A stretch of DNA of 64,000 nt from a virus. Its lineage: Duplodnaviria; Caudoviricetes. The stretch covers positions 1-64,000 of the IMG/VR virus record IMGVR_UViG_2706796753_000001, one strand, 5' to 3'. A program made the translations under genes and the position numbers. Of this stretch, positions 19,041 through 28,523 are shown one piece after another. The notes under the pieces are model-generated. The model searched no databases. It saw only the letters and a program-made list of their open reading frames with translations, and was not told the DNA's origin. Position 1 is the stretch's first letter. Each line of letters begins with the position of its first letter.

Positions 19041-19925
19041 TCACTTAACTTCCTCCTTTAAACCAACTGACACAGGAGCTTTAATAGCTTTGTGTGGGTT
19101 ATAATCTACAATCTCAAAGTCTTCAATCTCATAATCTTCTAAATTATCTTTCTTATTCTTAATCACCAGTTTAGGTAATTTTCTTGGTTCGTTTAATAGC
19201 TGCTCTTTAGCTTGCTCGATATGGTTAAGATATAGATGTACGTCCCCACCGTTGTAAATGAGAGAACCTACTTCCAATCCGCATTCTAGTGCGATTAAAT
19301 GAAGTAACAATGCATAACTAGCAATATTGAAAGCTAGTCCTAAAAATCCATCGTTAGAGCGCATAAAGAACTTCAAATCTATTTTCCCATTATTATGTAC
19401 ATATAGTTGGAACGCATGATGACAACAAGGTAGCGCAGCTTTCTTGAAGTCTGTTGGATGCCATGCACTTACGTATAAACGTCGTGAAGATGGGTTTCTC
19501 TTAATCTCTGCAATGACTTCTTTAATCTGGTTATACCCTTCTCCATTCCAGTCTGTCCATTGCGCTCCATAAATTCTACCTAAATCGAATCCATTCTCCT
19601 TCACAAACTCAATAAATTCTTCCTTAGACAACGTACCACCTAGCTCCTTATACCAACGATAACCGTCTGGAGTCCAGATGTTCACATTCTTATCGATGAG
19701 TGTTTTAAGGTTTGTGTCACCTTTTAAGAACCACAGCAGCTCTTCCGCTACAAGTCTAAAGGCTACGTGCTTCGTTGTAAGTAATGGGAATCCTTCTGAC
19801 ATATCGAATCGCATAGTATAATCGAAGATACTCAATGTACCTGTACCCGTTCTGTCGCTTTTAACTTCCCCGTGTTTAAGTATGTAATCATATAAATCTA
19901 AAACTTGTTTATCTACGTTATTCAT
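19041..19925 (-). CDS. thyA: Thymidylate synthase
   Basis: DRTGTGT, FPLLTTK, ELLWFLKG, SRR, ALPCCH, RSND.FLG..FN..SY and DVHLYLNH motifs. Confidence 0.97.
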   Translation of the reverse strand: MNNVDKQVLDLYDYILKHGEVKSDRTGTGTLSIFDYTMRFDMSEGFPLLTTKHVAFRLVAEELLWFLKGDTNLKTLIDKNVNIWTPDGYRWYKELGGTLSKEEFIEFVKENGFDLGRIYGAQWTDWNGEGYNQIKEVIAEIKRNPSSRRLYVSAWHPTDFKKAALPCCHHAFQLYVHNNGKIDLKFFMRSNDGFLGLAFNIASYALLLHLIALECGLEVGSLIYNGGDVHLYLNHIEQAKEQLLNEPRKLPKLVIKNKKDNLEDYEIEDFEIVDYNPHKAIKAPVSVGLKEEVK

Positions 19926-20067
19926 TATGTAACTCCTTATTGGTCGTATTTCACGCATTTACACGTTCTGCATATGTATTTATCTTTTCTTCCTAGTACA
20001 TTTACCTCGTAACCATCGTACTCCCATATATGACCTCTTAACATGCATTTAAGTTTAGGTGTCATAT

Positions 20068-20259
20068 TTACTTCTCCCACAAGTAATCCATGAACTCGAA
20101 GTAGTCTGTTAGCGCGTCTACAGTCATATCTTCTAAAGGAGCACTAGCCATACAAAACTCTTCTTCTGATTCACGAATAAACTCTCTATATGTTTGTGGG
20201 TTTTCTGCTGCTTCTTCTACATCACAAATTCGTTTATCTAACATTTCATGTGTAATCAT
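20068..20259 (-). CDS. Small acidic hypothetical protein
   Basis: SD GAGGGG. Confidence 0.65.
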   Translation of the reverse strand: MITHEMLDKRICDVEEAAENPQTYREFIRESEEEFCMASAPLEDMTVDALTDYFEFMDYLWEK

Positions 20260-20495
20260 TGATATCCCCTCTTCTCATATTGTTCGTTTTGCCATTGCTC
20301 AATCCAAGATGGTATCTCATCAACACCTTTCAACTCCAAATGCCCTGTCGTCTCTTTACATTGATGGCAGTACATATGTTTTAAATGCTGCGGCTTCTTT
20401 AGGCGACTGCGTTTTCTCCATATTTTCACCACATTTTTACAGACCTCGCATTCTAGGCTTGTCTGTTCGTTAATAACTTTTGACTCTGTAGCCAC
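20256..20495 (-). CDS. Zn-ribbon protein resembling ribosomal protein bL33
   Basis: LECEVC-x23-CHQCKETTGHLELK; own promoter and SD GGGAGG. Confidence 0.7.
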   Translation of the reverse strand: MATESKVINEQTSLECEVCKNVVKIWRKRSRLKKPQHLKHMYCHQCKETTGHLELKGVDEIPSWIEQWQNEQYEKRGYQ

Positions 20496-20551
20496 TGTTA
20501 CACCTCCCTTCTAGATACATCTTATACTACTTTTAGTAAAATGTCAATCTA

Positions 20552-21949
20552 TTATCGGAGTTTTTTAATATTTTTGAACTTTTCAATTGCAGCCATTTCC
20601 TCTTCATCTGGGTTTCTATTAGCGAATCCACGAGCTTGTACAACTCTTCCGTTTTGAATCTCCATTGTAATGAGAGACTTTTCGGGTTTCTTCTTGAGAC
20701 GCATGAAGATGATATCCGTTGTACCTTCTGCGACTTGTCTTGCATATGAGGCAACACAATGAGATTGCTCACTACCCTCTGTTGCGATATCTCGCATTGT
20801 TTTAGGGGCGATAAAAGCAAATGCACCAACCTTGCACTCATAGTTCTGCAACTCAATACGTCGCGCTTCAAACTTCTCAACAAGAACCGTGTCTTCTACT
20901 AATTTATAATTTCGAGAAACAATGTCATGATATGTCTTTAAGTATTTCGGGTATTTATTATATGTATGATTTCCTAACGAGTGATTCATGTTAACGTAAT
21001 CGCGATATGTAGTGATGGCATCGCCAAGCTCCATCCCTTGACTCAATAGACATTCGAAAGCCAAATATTCGATTAAACGTGCTTCATTCGTTATGTAAGG
21101 CTTGTCCAATAAAGACCAACCACTCCAGTTCATATAGTGAGCGTATCCGTTCTTTGTATATTCTCTTAGCTCCGCAAAATCCTTTAAACTCATGTTGTTA
21201 TCGAACACTTCTAATCTATCGTATACTTGGTACTTATCTTGAAGTTTTTCTACTAACCCTCTAATATATCGATAAAAACTGACGTCTTTTACTTCTAAGT
21301 TTCTTATGTGCGAAATCGCATTTAATGGGAATCTCTCGTTGTTAGAAAAGTCTTTAAATGCTTTGAATTGATTCTTGGTCATTTTCAGTATCTCATGTGC
21401 CTTTGTTACATTCTTTTGACCTGCTACAAGAACCCAATGCAGTAAAGCCTTATCACTATCAAAGCGTTCTAGGTTTACACCAGCTTTGTATAACAGCTCC
21501 AACTTATTATAATCATTCATCAACCGTATCAAGGCTCGCGATGTCATGTCTCGCTTCTCGTTACCGATAGAGCCGATTAAGTATAGCATCTGATTATACA
21601 TCCCTTTATTCTCATCTGTCTCCACAAAGTCAACAAACTTATCTATACTGCCCCTTGTATTGAAGTCCCGCCGTGCTCCCATGATACGTCTAGGAACTAT
21701 TTCATCTAAATTGTTAACCGTAAACTTAACTTCTTTACCATTTCTTTTTATGTAATGTTCTTTGTTCCGTAAGTCGTAGTACATTTCCGCGACAACAACT
21801 CTACCAGTCTCAGTTGTGTACTTCGCATAGAAATGGAACATGCTGCTAGTTTTGTCAATTAAAAAATACTCAACATGCCCAATTGTAGTAGTCTGTTTGA
21901 ATTCTGTAGATGTCAGTTCGTCTATTAATCTATTTTTATCGTTACTCAT
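20552..21949 (-). CDS. PcfJ-like domain protein
   Basis: C-terminal YRDY...PKYLKTYHD...EGSEQSHCVASY...IIFMR...LITMEI...QARGFAN signature. Confidence 0.85.
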   Translation of the reverse strand: MSNDKNRLIDELTSTEFKQTTTIGHVEYFLIDKTSSMFHFYAKYTTETGRVVVAEMYYDLRNKEHYIKRNGKEVKFTVNNLDEIVPRRIMGARRDFNTRGSIDKFVDFVETDENKGMYNQMLYLIGSIGNEKRDMTSRALIRLMNDYNKLELLYKAGVNLERFDSDKALLHWVLVAGQKNVTKAHEILKMTKNQFKAFKDFSNNERFPLNAISHIRNLEVKDVSFYRYIRGLVEKLQDKYQVYDRLEVFDNNMSLKDFAELREYTKNGYAHYMNWSGWSLLDKPYITNEARLIEYLAFECLLSQGMELGDAITTYRDYVNMNHSLGNHTYNKYPKYLKTYHDIVSRNYKLVEDTVLVEKFEARRIELQNYECKVGAFAFIAPKTMRDIATEGSEQSHCVASYARQVAEGTTDIIFMRLKKKPEKSLITMEIQNGRVVQARGFANRNPDEEEMAAIEKFKNIKKLR

Positions 21950-22022
21950 GATTCTCCTCCTCGTTTATTATACTAAAAGTATAACACAAAAACAAAAGAC
22001 AGTCAATGACTGTCTCTAAAAT

Positions 22023-22817
22023 TTATAATATATTTTTTCGATACATTAGTAGATTCCAAGCTCGAACTAAATCACGATTCGTCGCTTGATTCACCTCATG
22101 TGCATCCTCTTCTGTCACGTGTGTTAAGTATGTACGGAGTAAATCGAACTCATCCTCTTCAAGGTCGTCCACTTTTAATTTTTGAAGACCGAAGTAATCT
22201 TCAATCTCTTCCTTGATGTTCTCGATAGAGTGTTTAATATAGTTTAACTGCGTGTCTACAATAGATACTACGAATTCTAGAGCCTCTTCTTCCGTTTCCT
22301 CTTCTTCCGTTTCCTCTTCGCACGGCTCTTCATCGCAGCAATATGCACCATACTCTTCGTAGCAAGCATCCTTCTCTTCCTCCTCTTCGGAAGGTACGAT
22401 TCCTAATTCCACTTTATCCTCATATGAGAATTCATAGTAGAATTGTTTAGGTTCTGTTCCTCCATCTAATCGCTCTTCTAAACTTACGCCAATGGCATTT
22501 ACACTAACTTGATATGTATGTAACTTGTCATCTAACTGGAATGTAGTCAAGAAATACCCATGCTGCTTAATAATAATTTTAATAGCTTCTTTCATTTTAT
22601 CAAAGTACGATTCACGGTCGTCTTTATGGTAGTTAACCTCGTCCAAAAAGTGGTCGATGAACTGTGTTAACGATTCTGGGGCAGCCTCTACTTTAATTTC
22701 TAATTGCGCTTCTGCCTCTTTATTAATTTTATCTAATAGTATCATCACAGTCTCTAAACCTTTATGTAGTTCCTTAACACTCTCTAAAACATCATCTTTC
22801 GTAATTATCTTTTCCAT
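22023..22817 (-). CDS. Highly acidic hypothetical protein
   Basis: E/D-rich with EEETEEEETEEE tract. Confidence 0.8.
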   Translation of the reverse strand: MEKIITKDDVLESVKELHKGLETVMILLDKINKEAEAQLEIKVEAAPESLTQFIDHFLDEVNYHKDDRESYFDKMKEAIKIIIKQHGYFLTTFQLDDKLHTYQVSVNAIGVSLEERLDGGTEPKQFYYEFSYEDKVELGIVPSEEEEEKDACYEEYGAYCCDEEPCEEETEEEETEEEALEFVVSIVDTQLNYIKHSIENIKEEIEDYFGLQKLKVDDLEEDEFDLLRTYLTHVTEEDAHEVNQATNRDLVRAWNLLMYRKNIL

Positions 22818-22835
22818 TGTTTCTCCTCCAATTAA

Positions 22836-23171
22836 TTAAAATTTATCCGCCAGTTCTAGAAGTCTATCAAAATCCGTAAACTGATTAAAAGTAAATACAA
22901 ACGCAATACCTTGTACAGATTCACTAGCAGATAATCTTACGACTTTATCTTTTTCTAGTGCAACGAGACAACCTAATTCTTTATCGTTCTTTATGTATTT
23001 TGCCATCTTAATAAAGTTGTCCGTATCTTGCGATTGATTCACCATCAATTCTACAGGTATAAACACTTCATACTCTAGCACAGATGAACCTTTTATTTCT
23101 CTACCTTTGTATTTTATCACATTAATCTTGAACGAGTCAATTAAATTTTTGGGTTTTTGTTGTGCTGTCAT
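22836..23171 (-). CDS. Hypothetical protein
   Basis: ATGA-coupled ORF. Confidence 0.7.
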   Translation of the reverse strand: MTAQQKPKNLIDSFKINVIKYKGREIKGSSVLEYEVFIPVELMVNQSQDTDNFIKMAKYIKNDKELGCLVALEKDKVVRLSASESVQGIAFVFTFNQFTDFDRLLELADKF

Positions 23172-23923
23172 CCGTTATTCACTACCAATTGGATTTTCGC
23201 ATCCTCAGTTTTACCATCTTGTTTTTCTGCATCACCTTCGAACGTTTCTTTGCACCACGCATGGTAATTTTCTTTCTTAATGAATGTGAAGTTAAATGAA
23301 ATCTCTCCACCTTCTAAACCGCTTGTAATAGGTGATACACCTGTAGGTGCTAGATTTGAACCATCGTCCGTGATAATCATAACGTCGTTACCTAAATCTA
23401 ATACATGACCGTCTCGAACGTGGTCTACGAAGTACTTCTGTAAGCTTCCCATATTAATTCCGTATTCGACACCTTTAGCGAAAATTAGTTTATGTAGTTC
23501 TGGGTCATCATGCCAATTACTTACGATAGACATAAAGTTCGCATCACTTTCTGTTGGCGCTTTAGCTAAATAGAATTGGTAGTTTTCAAATCGGTTACGT
23601 GCTAGTTTTGATAGCAACTCTACAACTTCTGCATAATCATGCAATGATGGCTTTCTATCTACTAAATCTGTTAAACTCATTTTATTTTTTACTTCTACTT
23701 CCGTTGTGTTAATCTCTGTCATTTTTTCATCTTCTCCTTTAATATCTGTTTTTATTTCACTTAATACTGATAAAGCTTTCTTGATTGATTCTGTATAACT
23801 CATTTCTTCTTTATGTTCTTTCACAGACTTCTTAACCCCAAAAGCAAGTATCATTGTATAAATAAACAATGCTATTAATATCATTTTTGCTAATAAAAGG
23901 TTATAGTTGAACGTTGCATCCAA
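23168..23923 (-). CDS. Hypothetical protein with N-terminal TM and a possible internal start near 23722
   Basis: TM segment, then internal SD AAGGAG before MTEINT; the start position is uncertain. Confidence 0.7.
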   Translation of the reverse strand: MDATFNYNLLLAKMILIALFIYTMILAFGVKKSVKEHKEEMSYTESIKKALSVLSEIKTDIKGEDEKMTEINTTEVEVKNKMSLTDLVDRKPSLHDYAEVVELLSKLARNRFENYQFYLAKAPTESDANFMSIVSNWHDDPELHKLIFAKGVEYGINMGSLQKYFVDHVRDGHVLDLGNDVMIITDDGSNLAPTGVSPITSGLEGGEISFNFTFIKKENYHAWCKETFEGDAEKQDGKTEDAKIQLVVNNG

Positions 23924-23924
23924 C

Positions 23925-24137
23925 TCAACCGCGCCCTTTGAATAACTGACCAACAGCACATACAATAAAGACTACTAACATAATTGGTATGGAAATCACT
24001 AGTAACGCTACCATCACCATTAAAGCGATAGCAGATAGAACAACGCCCACTAATATAAGCAACCCCCACAATATTACACTAACAATACAATATAGTACAG
24101 CTACGATACCAGCTACGATTGATTTAACCGCATTCAT
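23925..24137 (-). CDS. Very hydrophobic small membrane protein
   Basis: 70 aa, nearly all aliphatic, SD AAGAGG. Confidence 0.7.
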   Translation of the reverse strand: MNAVKSIVAGIVAVLYCIVSVILWGLLILVGVVLSAIALMVMVALLVISIPIMLVVFIVCAVGQLFKGRG

Positions 24138-24178
24138 ATATGCACCTCTTTTACATCATATACTTTTATTATATCATA

Positions 24179-24478
24179 CTAATTATAGCTCGAGGTAAGT
24201 TGTCCTTCCTCTTCGTGAGTATCGATGTGTTCTACCCATTGCTCATCTTCATATTGAGCTTGTGCTTCTTTTAAATCTTCTTCGTAGCTTCCATCATCCC
24301 GAACCCACTTACCTCCAACCTCATAACTAAACCTGTCTACCACACTCAGATTATGTACAATACCTCGTCTGTCTGCTTCCTGAGGAATCTTATCCTCTGC
24401 TTCTTGCATAGTATCACCAGTTTTAGTAAATTCATATTCTTTATCATTTTCTGCAATCGTGATAAACTTGTACAACAT
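24179..24478 (-). CDS. Hypothetical protein
   Basis: SD AAGGAG. Confidence 0.7.
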   Translation of the reverse strand: MLYKFITIAENDKEYEFTKTGDTMQEAEDKIPQEADRRGIVHNLSVVDRFSYEVGGKWVRDDGSYEEDLKEAQAQYEDEQWVEHIDTHEEEGQLTSSYN

Positions 24479-24747
24479 TATTCTCTCTCCTTTAACATTA
24501 CCTTAAATTCAAACTCTTTATGCTTAAGTCCGTGTTCTCCAATCCAATAATTCATCAATTGTTGGATATGCGGCAATCCTCCAGAACCATAAAAATTATC
24601 ATTTAAAGTTAATACATAAACTCTCTTATTTTTCATATAATCTTCGTAAGAATCGTATATAAATTCTGGATGTGTACAGTAACATGTTGTACTCCACTCA
24701 CTCCAATTTAACCTACCGCATTTCGCGCAAAACTTTTGCTCTGGCAT
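24478..24747 (-). CDS. Hypothetical Zn-finger protein
   Basis: MPEQKFCAKC...CYC, SD GGAGG. Confidence 0.7.
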   Translation of the reverse strand: MPEQKFCAKCGRLNWSEWSTTCYCTHPEFIYDSYEDYMKNKRVYVLTLNDNFYGSGGLPHIQQLMNYWIGEHGLKHKEFEFKVMLKERE

Positions 24748-24810
24748 TCTATCACCTCCTCTGTAATCACATAATACTACCATTTTTACTTTAAGTCAAT
24801 AGATTTATAT

Positions 24811-24837
24811 AAAAAAAGAAGCCCCGAAGGACTTCTT
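24811..24837 (-). terminator. Terminator after the endolysin
   Basis: Minus strand AAGAAGTCC-TTCG-GGGCTTCTT followed by T-tract. Confidence 0.85.
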
Positions 24838-24839
24838 AA

Positions 24840-25934
24840 TTATTCACTGTACATGTAGTATGCAATTTTCTGAGCTTCTAGGATGTTTTTGAAGTTTTGT
24901 AAACGACTCTCATCTAGCGGAGTAGACTCTAATCGAATTAACCCATCACCCTTACCTGTAAACACAATAGCAGTTTGCATACCTTGGTATGCTAAGACAT
25001 TAGATAATTCTGGGATTTTGTTCGTACCCATATCATATGTAACAACCTTAGATTTACCATTGTAACCTTCTTTGCTGCTTGTGTAGTAATAAGCCCAGCC
25101 TCGTTCATCTAACCATGCAGTAAGTTTGTCTAACTCAGCACCTACTTGATGCGATGTCTCAATACTTACTAGTCCATCACCTAAACCAGTGAAGTTGATA
25201 CGAGCTTCGTAACCTAAGAATGCAAGTTTATCTTGAATCTCTGGGATTAAGTTTGTACCTACTTCGTATGTTACAACTTTGTTTAAAGCAGGAACTAGAG
25301 TTTCTTTAGCACCCTCTTTTTCTGTGAAGAACGACATAGGCTTGTCTCCGTATAGTACGTTGATATCACATTTACCGATACCTGCGATGTTACCGTACTC
25401 TGTCCATTGCCATAAATCACAAGCGAACGCTGGTTTATTACCGTAACGAGGAATCCAAGTGAAGTCACAGTTTACATCTTTACCTCCGAACTCTTGGTAC
25501 TTGTGATGTCCGATGTATAAACCAACTTTCTTTGCACCTAACTCTTTTAATCGGTCAATAAACACTTGAATACATTCTTTCATATTCGGAGCTGTAGAAA
25601 CCTCTGCGTCACATACCCAAACAGTTGCATCCTTGTCTCCGTAATTCCAGAAGAACTCTGCTTCTTGTTTAGCTGATGCTACTCCAGAGAAACGGTTAAA
25701 CATGTAGTTACCGAACGGGATACCACGAGCTTTCATGTTTGCCACAAATGTTTTATACTTGCGGTCAACCACACCTTGTAACTCTCCGTTTGAATTGTAT
25801 CGATGTCCGTCACCTGTACGAGCGATAAACATGCTTACATAATTCTTCGCTGTATCAAAATCGATATCCGCATTATGATGGGAAATATCGACAATCGTTT
25901 TTTCTTTTGGATACTTATTAGCTTCTAATGCCAT
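24840..25934 (-). CDS. plyBa: Endolysin, GH25 muramidase with duplicated C-terminal cell-binding unit (PlyBa-like)
   Basis: IVDISHHN, CDAE, WIPRY, LWQWT and CDIN GH25 motifs; two KVVTY...FTG.GDGL repeats; N-terminus and length match recalled PlyBa. Confidence 0.9.
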   Translation of the reverse strand: MALEANKYPKEKTIVDISHHNADIDFDTAKNYVSMFIARTGDGHRYNSNGELQGVVDRKYKTFVANMKARGIPFGNYMFNRFSGVASAKQEAEFFWNYGDKDATVWVCDAEVSTAPNMKECIQVFIDRLKELGAKKVGLYIGHHKYQEFGGKDVNCDFTWIPRYGNKPAFACDLWQWTEYGNIAGIGKCDINVLYGDKPMSFFTEKEGAKETLVPALNKVVTYEVGTNLIPEIQDKLAFLGYEARINFTGLGDGLVSIETSHQVGAELDKLTAWLDERGWAYYYTSSKEGYNGKSKVVTYDMGTNKIPELSNVLAYQGMQTAIVFTGKGDGLIRLESTPLDESRLQNFKNILEAQKIAYYMYSE

Positions 25935-25960
25935 TTAAAATTCCTCCTTTAATTTATAAA

Positions 25961-26466
25961 TTAAACTACTGCTGCTCCTGTTGCATCTACCCACCCGTTG
26001 GTATCCTTGTTTCTCCAGATAGGTTTATTCAAAGTTGTATCGAAAAACGGCTGCCTACATAAGTACCAGTTGTTGGACGTTGTGCTGTTGTTCCTGACGT
26101 AATCAATGGTACTGATACCTTACCTGTCGCATCAGGGTTAACGCCGTTTACTGTTTGAACAAACCCAGTAACCTTACCATTCCCATCAGGTGTCGCGCCG
26201 TTAATCTGTTTAATGAAACCAGACGTACTAGGAATTGTAATTGTTACGTTCCCTGCTGCATCTGCTGCTTTACCGTTAACAGACTTAACCATACCCTTAA
26301 CATCGTCCTTTGTAGCGAAGTCTCCCGTAGGAGCTCCATCTACACTAACATTACCGTTGATATCAGGGGCTTTACCATTAACAGTTTTAACCGTCTTCGT
26401 TAAACCTTCTTCAACGTCTCTCATCCTTTTTTCGGGAGAACCGTCATACATTCCATCTCTTAACAT
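25961..26466 (-). CDS. Late protein with (V/I)xx(V/I)NG repeats; apparent frameshift near 26054
   Basis: VKTVNGKAPD, VKSVNGKAAD, IKQINGATPD and VQTVNGVNPD repeats; -1 frame gives QPFFDTTLNKPIW...WVDATG. Confidence 0.75.
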
Positions 26467-26501
26467 GAATATAATACCCTCCTTCTTCTATTGTCCTAGA
26501 C

Positions 26502-26511
26502 TAATATAGCA
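26502..26511 (-). promoter_or_regulatory. Late promoter for repeat protein and endolysin
   Basis: TGCTATATTA, matching the Herelleviridae late motif TGTTATATTA. Confidence 0.7.
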
Positions 26512-26512
26512 C

Positions 26513-28309
26513 TTACCATCCTTTGGCAAATATATCAGGTTTGTCAGTTCGCATTACATTTACTGTCGTATAATCGAATGCGTTCTCTACTTCTTTCTTG
26601 ATATAAGGCTCTAGTACGTGCTCCATACCAACCATAGAGTATACAGAAGACTGAGCAAAATGGTCGTCACCTTTTGCCATGATAATTTGATAGATTGCTT
26701 TCGTTTTCTCATCTTCCTCATCTCGAATTACGACGTTTTGCCAATGTTCTAGATAAAGTTTTAGTTCTCTATCATCAACTTGGTAGAATCCTAAGCGCCC
26801 CATTTTCATATCAGAAATATGACGTTTGTTTTGTGTTAACTTGTCCACTGTAACCATACAACGTTGCTCAGACCACACAGGACTGATTTGACCTGTAGAA
26901 CGAGGGTTTGGGTTAACTTTAACTCCGTACGCTACACCTTCACCGAAATGCTGGATTAGCTTGTCTACGTAGTTACCAGAGTCACCGATATCCGCACAGA
27001 TAATATCTGGTTGGTATGGGATTAGTTCTACAATAATTCTTTCTAAGTCCGCTTCGATATTTGATACACCGCGAGCACGTTCTACTGAGAACATACGAAT
27101 CATGTCAATACGACCGTCATCACGGAATCCACGAATTGTTACCCAGTGGAAGTTACCCCAGTCAATCCCAACAGAAATGAATCGGTAGTCACTACGATTA
27201 AATAGTGGCTTTTCTAGGTACTCTCGTTTATTCTTTTCGATGTCGTCTGGTTGTACAGCTAACGCTACGTCTTGGTACGGGAATCCTAAAACGTAGTTAT
27301 AGAAGTGCTGTTTAGACTCTGCTTCTAATTCTTTTCGTTTTAAGGCATCTGCCGTTAACCACACGGCATTTAGCTGTGTAATCATATATCCACGTTTACC
27401 TTGGTTGTTTAACGTTCTGTCAGGGTATTTAGCTACCCATTCACCGTTATACCATCTATCTAATGTTTTCTTACATTTTTGGCAGATGAATCGGTATGTA
27501 CCATCTTTAACTGTTTTAGCTAAAGTATCAACGCCACTCTCATCCATACACTCGATGTTCAAATCATAATCGATTTGCTGTCTGTAACCGCAATGGTCAC
27601 ATTTATGCATGTATACGCGTTGGTCTGATTCAGTGAAAATTTTATGTATTCCGAACGCAGGTACTGTTGGAGTTGACCATCTTCGTAAAATCTTAAATTT
27701 AGATGATGACATAGATTCCATCGCTGACATCTCTGCGGAAGAGTTTACACGGTCGTACTCATCCATTGAAAGGTAATCGATATCGACACCCTCTACTGCT
27801 GACGCTTTAGAAGAAGAACGGAACAGCATGAAGCTATTACGAATACGTTTCTTTTCTAACGAGTCTACATGCGGGTCAGAAATAGTAGAATAGTAACCAG
27901 CACCTAGTAACGGGTTAATACGTGTGGATACGAAGTCTTTCATTTGTCGGTTTGTCGGGAATGTGTATAAACATTTAACCCCTGCGTAACTATGTAAATC
28001 TGCGAAGTGGAGCATTTCTCCTACCCCAACCTCTGATAATCCTAACTGACGTGACTTAATAACGCATTTATCTGGATGTGTATCGTTGATAATGTCTACC
28101 TGCCACGGTCTGTGTGCTAATGCTCGTGTAACGTCTCTACCGCTAACGTGGAACGTAATCGGGTGACCTTTTACCGAGTGATTTTTTAATAGATACGAAG
28201 AGCAGTTAATCATAGTAAGGACATACGCTAACTCTTCTTTCGATAAGTCGGTACGACCAAACGTCTGCTTCGCTACTCGCTGTATCATTTCTCCTGTAAT
28301 ATTATACAT
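26513..28309 (-). CDS. terL: Terminase large subunit
   Basis: RPWQ Q-motif, KSRQLGLSE Walker A, LSMDEYD Walker B, WSTPT coupling motif, GIDWG nuclease and DDHFAQS. Confidence 0.95.
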   Translation of the reverse strand: MYNITGEMIQRVAKQTFGRTDLSKEELAYVLTMINCSSYLLKNHSVKGHPITFHVSGRDVTRALAHRPWQVDIINDTHPDKCVIKSRQLGLSEVGVGEMLHFADLHSYAGVKCLYTFPTNRQMKDFVSTRINPLLGAGYYSTISDPHVDSLEKKRIRNSFMLFRSSSKASAVEGVDIDYLSMDEYDRVNSSAEMSAMESMSSSKFKILRRWSTPTVPAFGIHKIFTESDQRVYMHKCDHCGYRQQIDYDLNIECMDESGVDTLAKTVKDGTYRFICQKCKKTLDRWYNGEWVAKYPDRTLNNQGKRGYMITQLNAVWLTADALKRKELEAESKQHFYNYVLGFPYQDVALAVQPDDIEKNKREYLEKPLFNRSDYRFISVGIDWGNFHWVTIRGFRDDGRIDMIRMFSVERARGVSNIEADLERIIVELIPYQPDIICADIGDSGNYVDKLIQHFGEGVAYGVKVNPNPRSTGQISPVWSEQRCMVTVDKLTQNKRHISDMKMGRLGFYQVDDRELKLYLEHWQNVVIRDEEDEKTKAIYQIIMAKGDDHFAQSSVYSMVGMEHVLEPYIKKEVENAFDYTTVNVMRTDKPDIFAKGW

Positions 28310-28523
28310 TTCTATCTTCCTCTCCAGAATACGGGACAGCTAACAATGTATCTTTGTACACTAAGTCCCTGAGCTCACTATAGTGCTTTTTCTGTGCCAA
28401 TACATTATCAGGTGAGGGATAGGGCGCGTAAGAAAGCCCCATAGCTCTAGATTTTTTAACTGATTTGTATTGCGTTGTATCAGCGTCTCCAATGATATCA
28501 ATTTGCCAAGGTCTTTTCTCCAT
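28302..28523 (-). CDS. Small protein duplicating the TerL Q-motif/Walker A segment
   Basis: RPWQIDII...KKSRAMGLS versus TerL RPWQVDII...IKSRQLGLS; SD GAGGAG; overlaps both neighbours. Confidence 0.8.
   Translation of the reverse strand: MEKRPWQIDIIGDADTTQYKSVKKSRAMGLSYAPYPSPDNVLAQKKHYSELRDLVYKDTLLAVPYSGEEDRNV

Noticed and set aside
19041-28309. Introns or inteins in thyA, endolysin or terL
   Set aside because: All three are continuous ORFs of normal length with no insertion or intein motifs.
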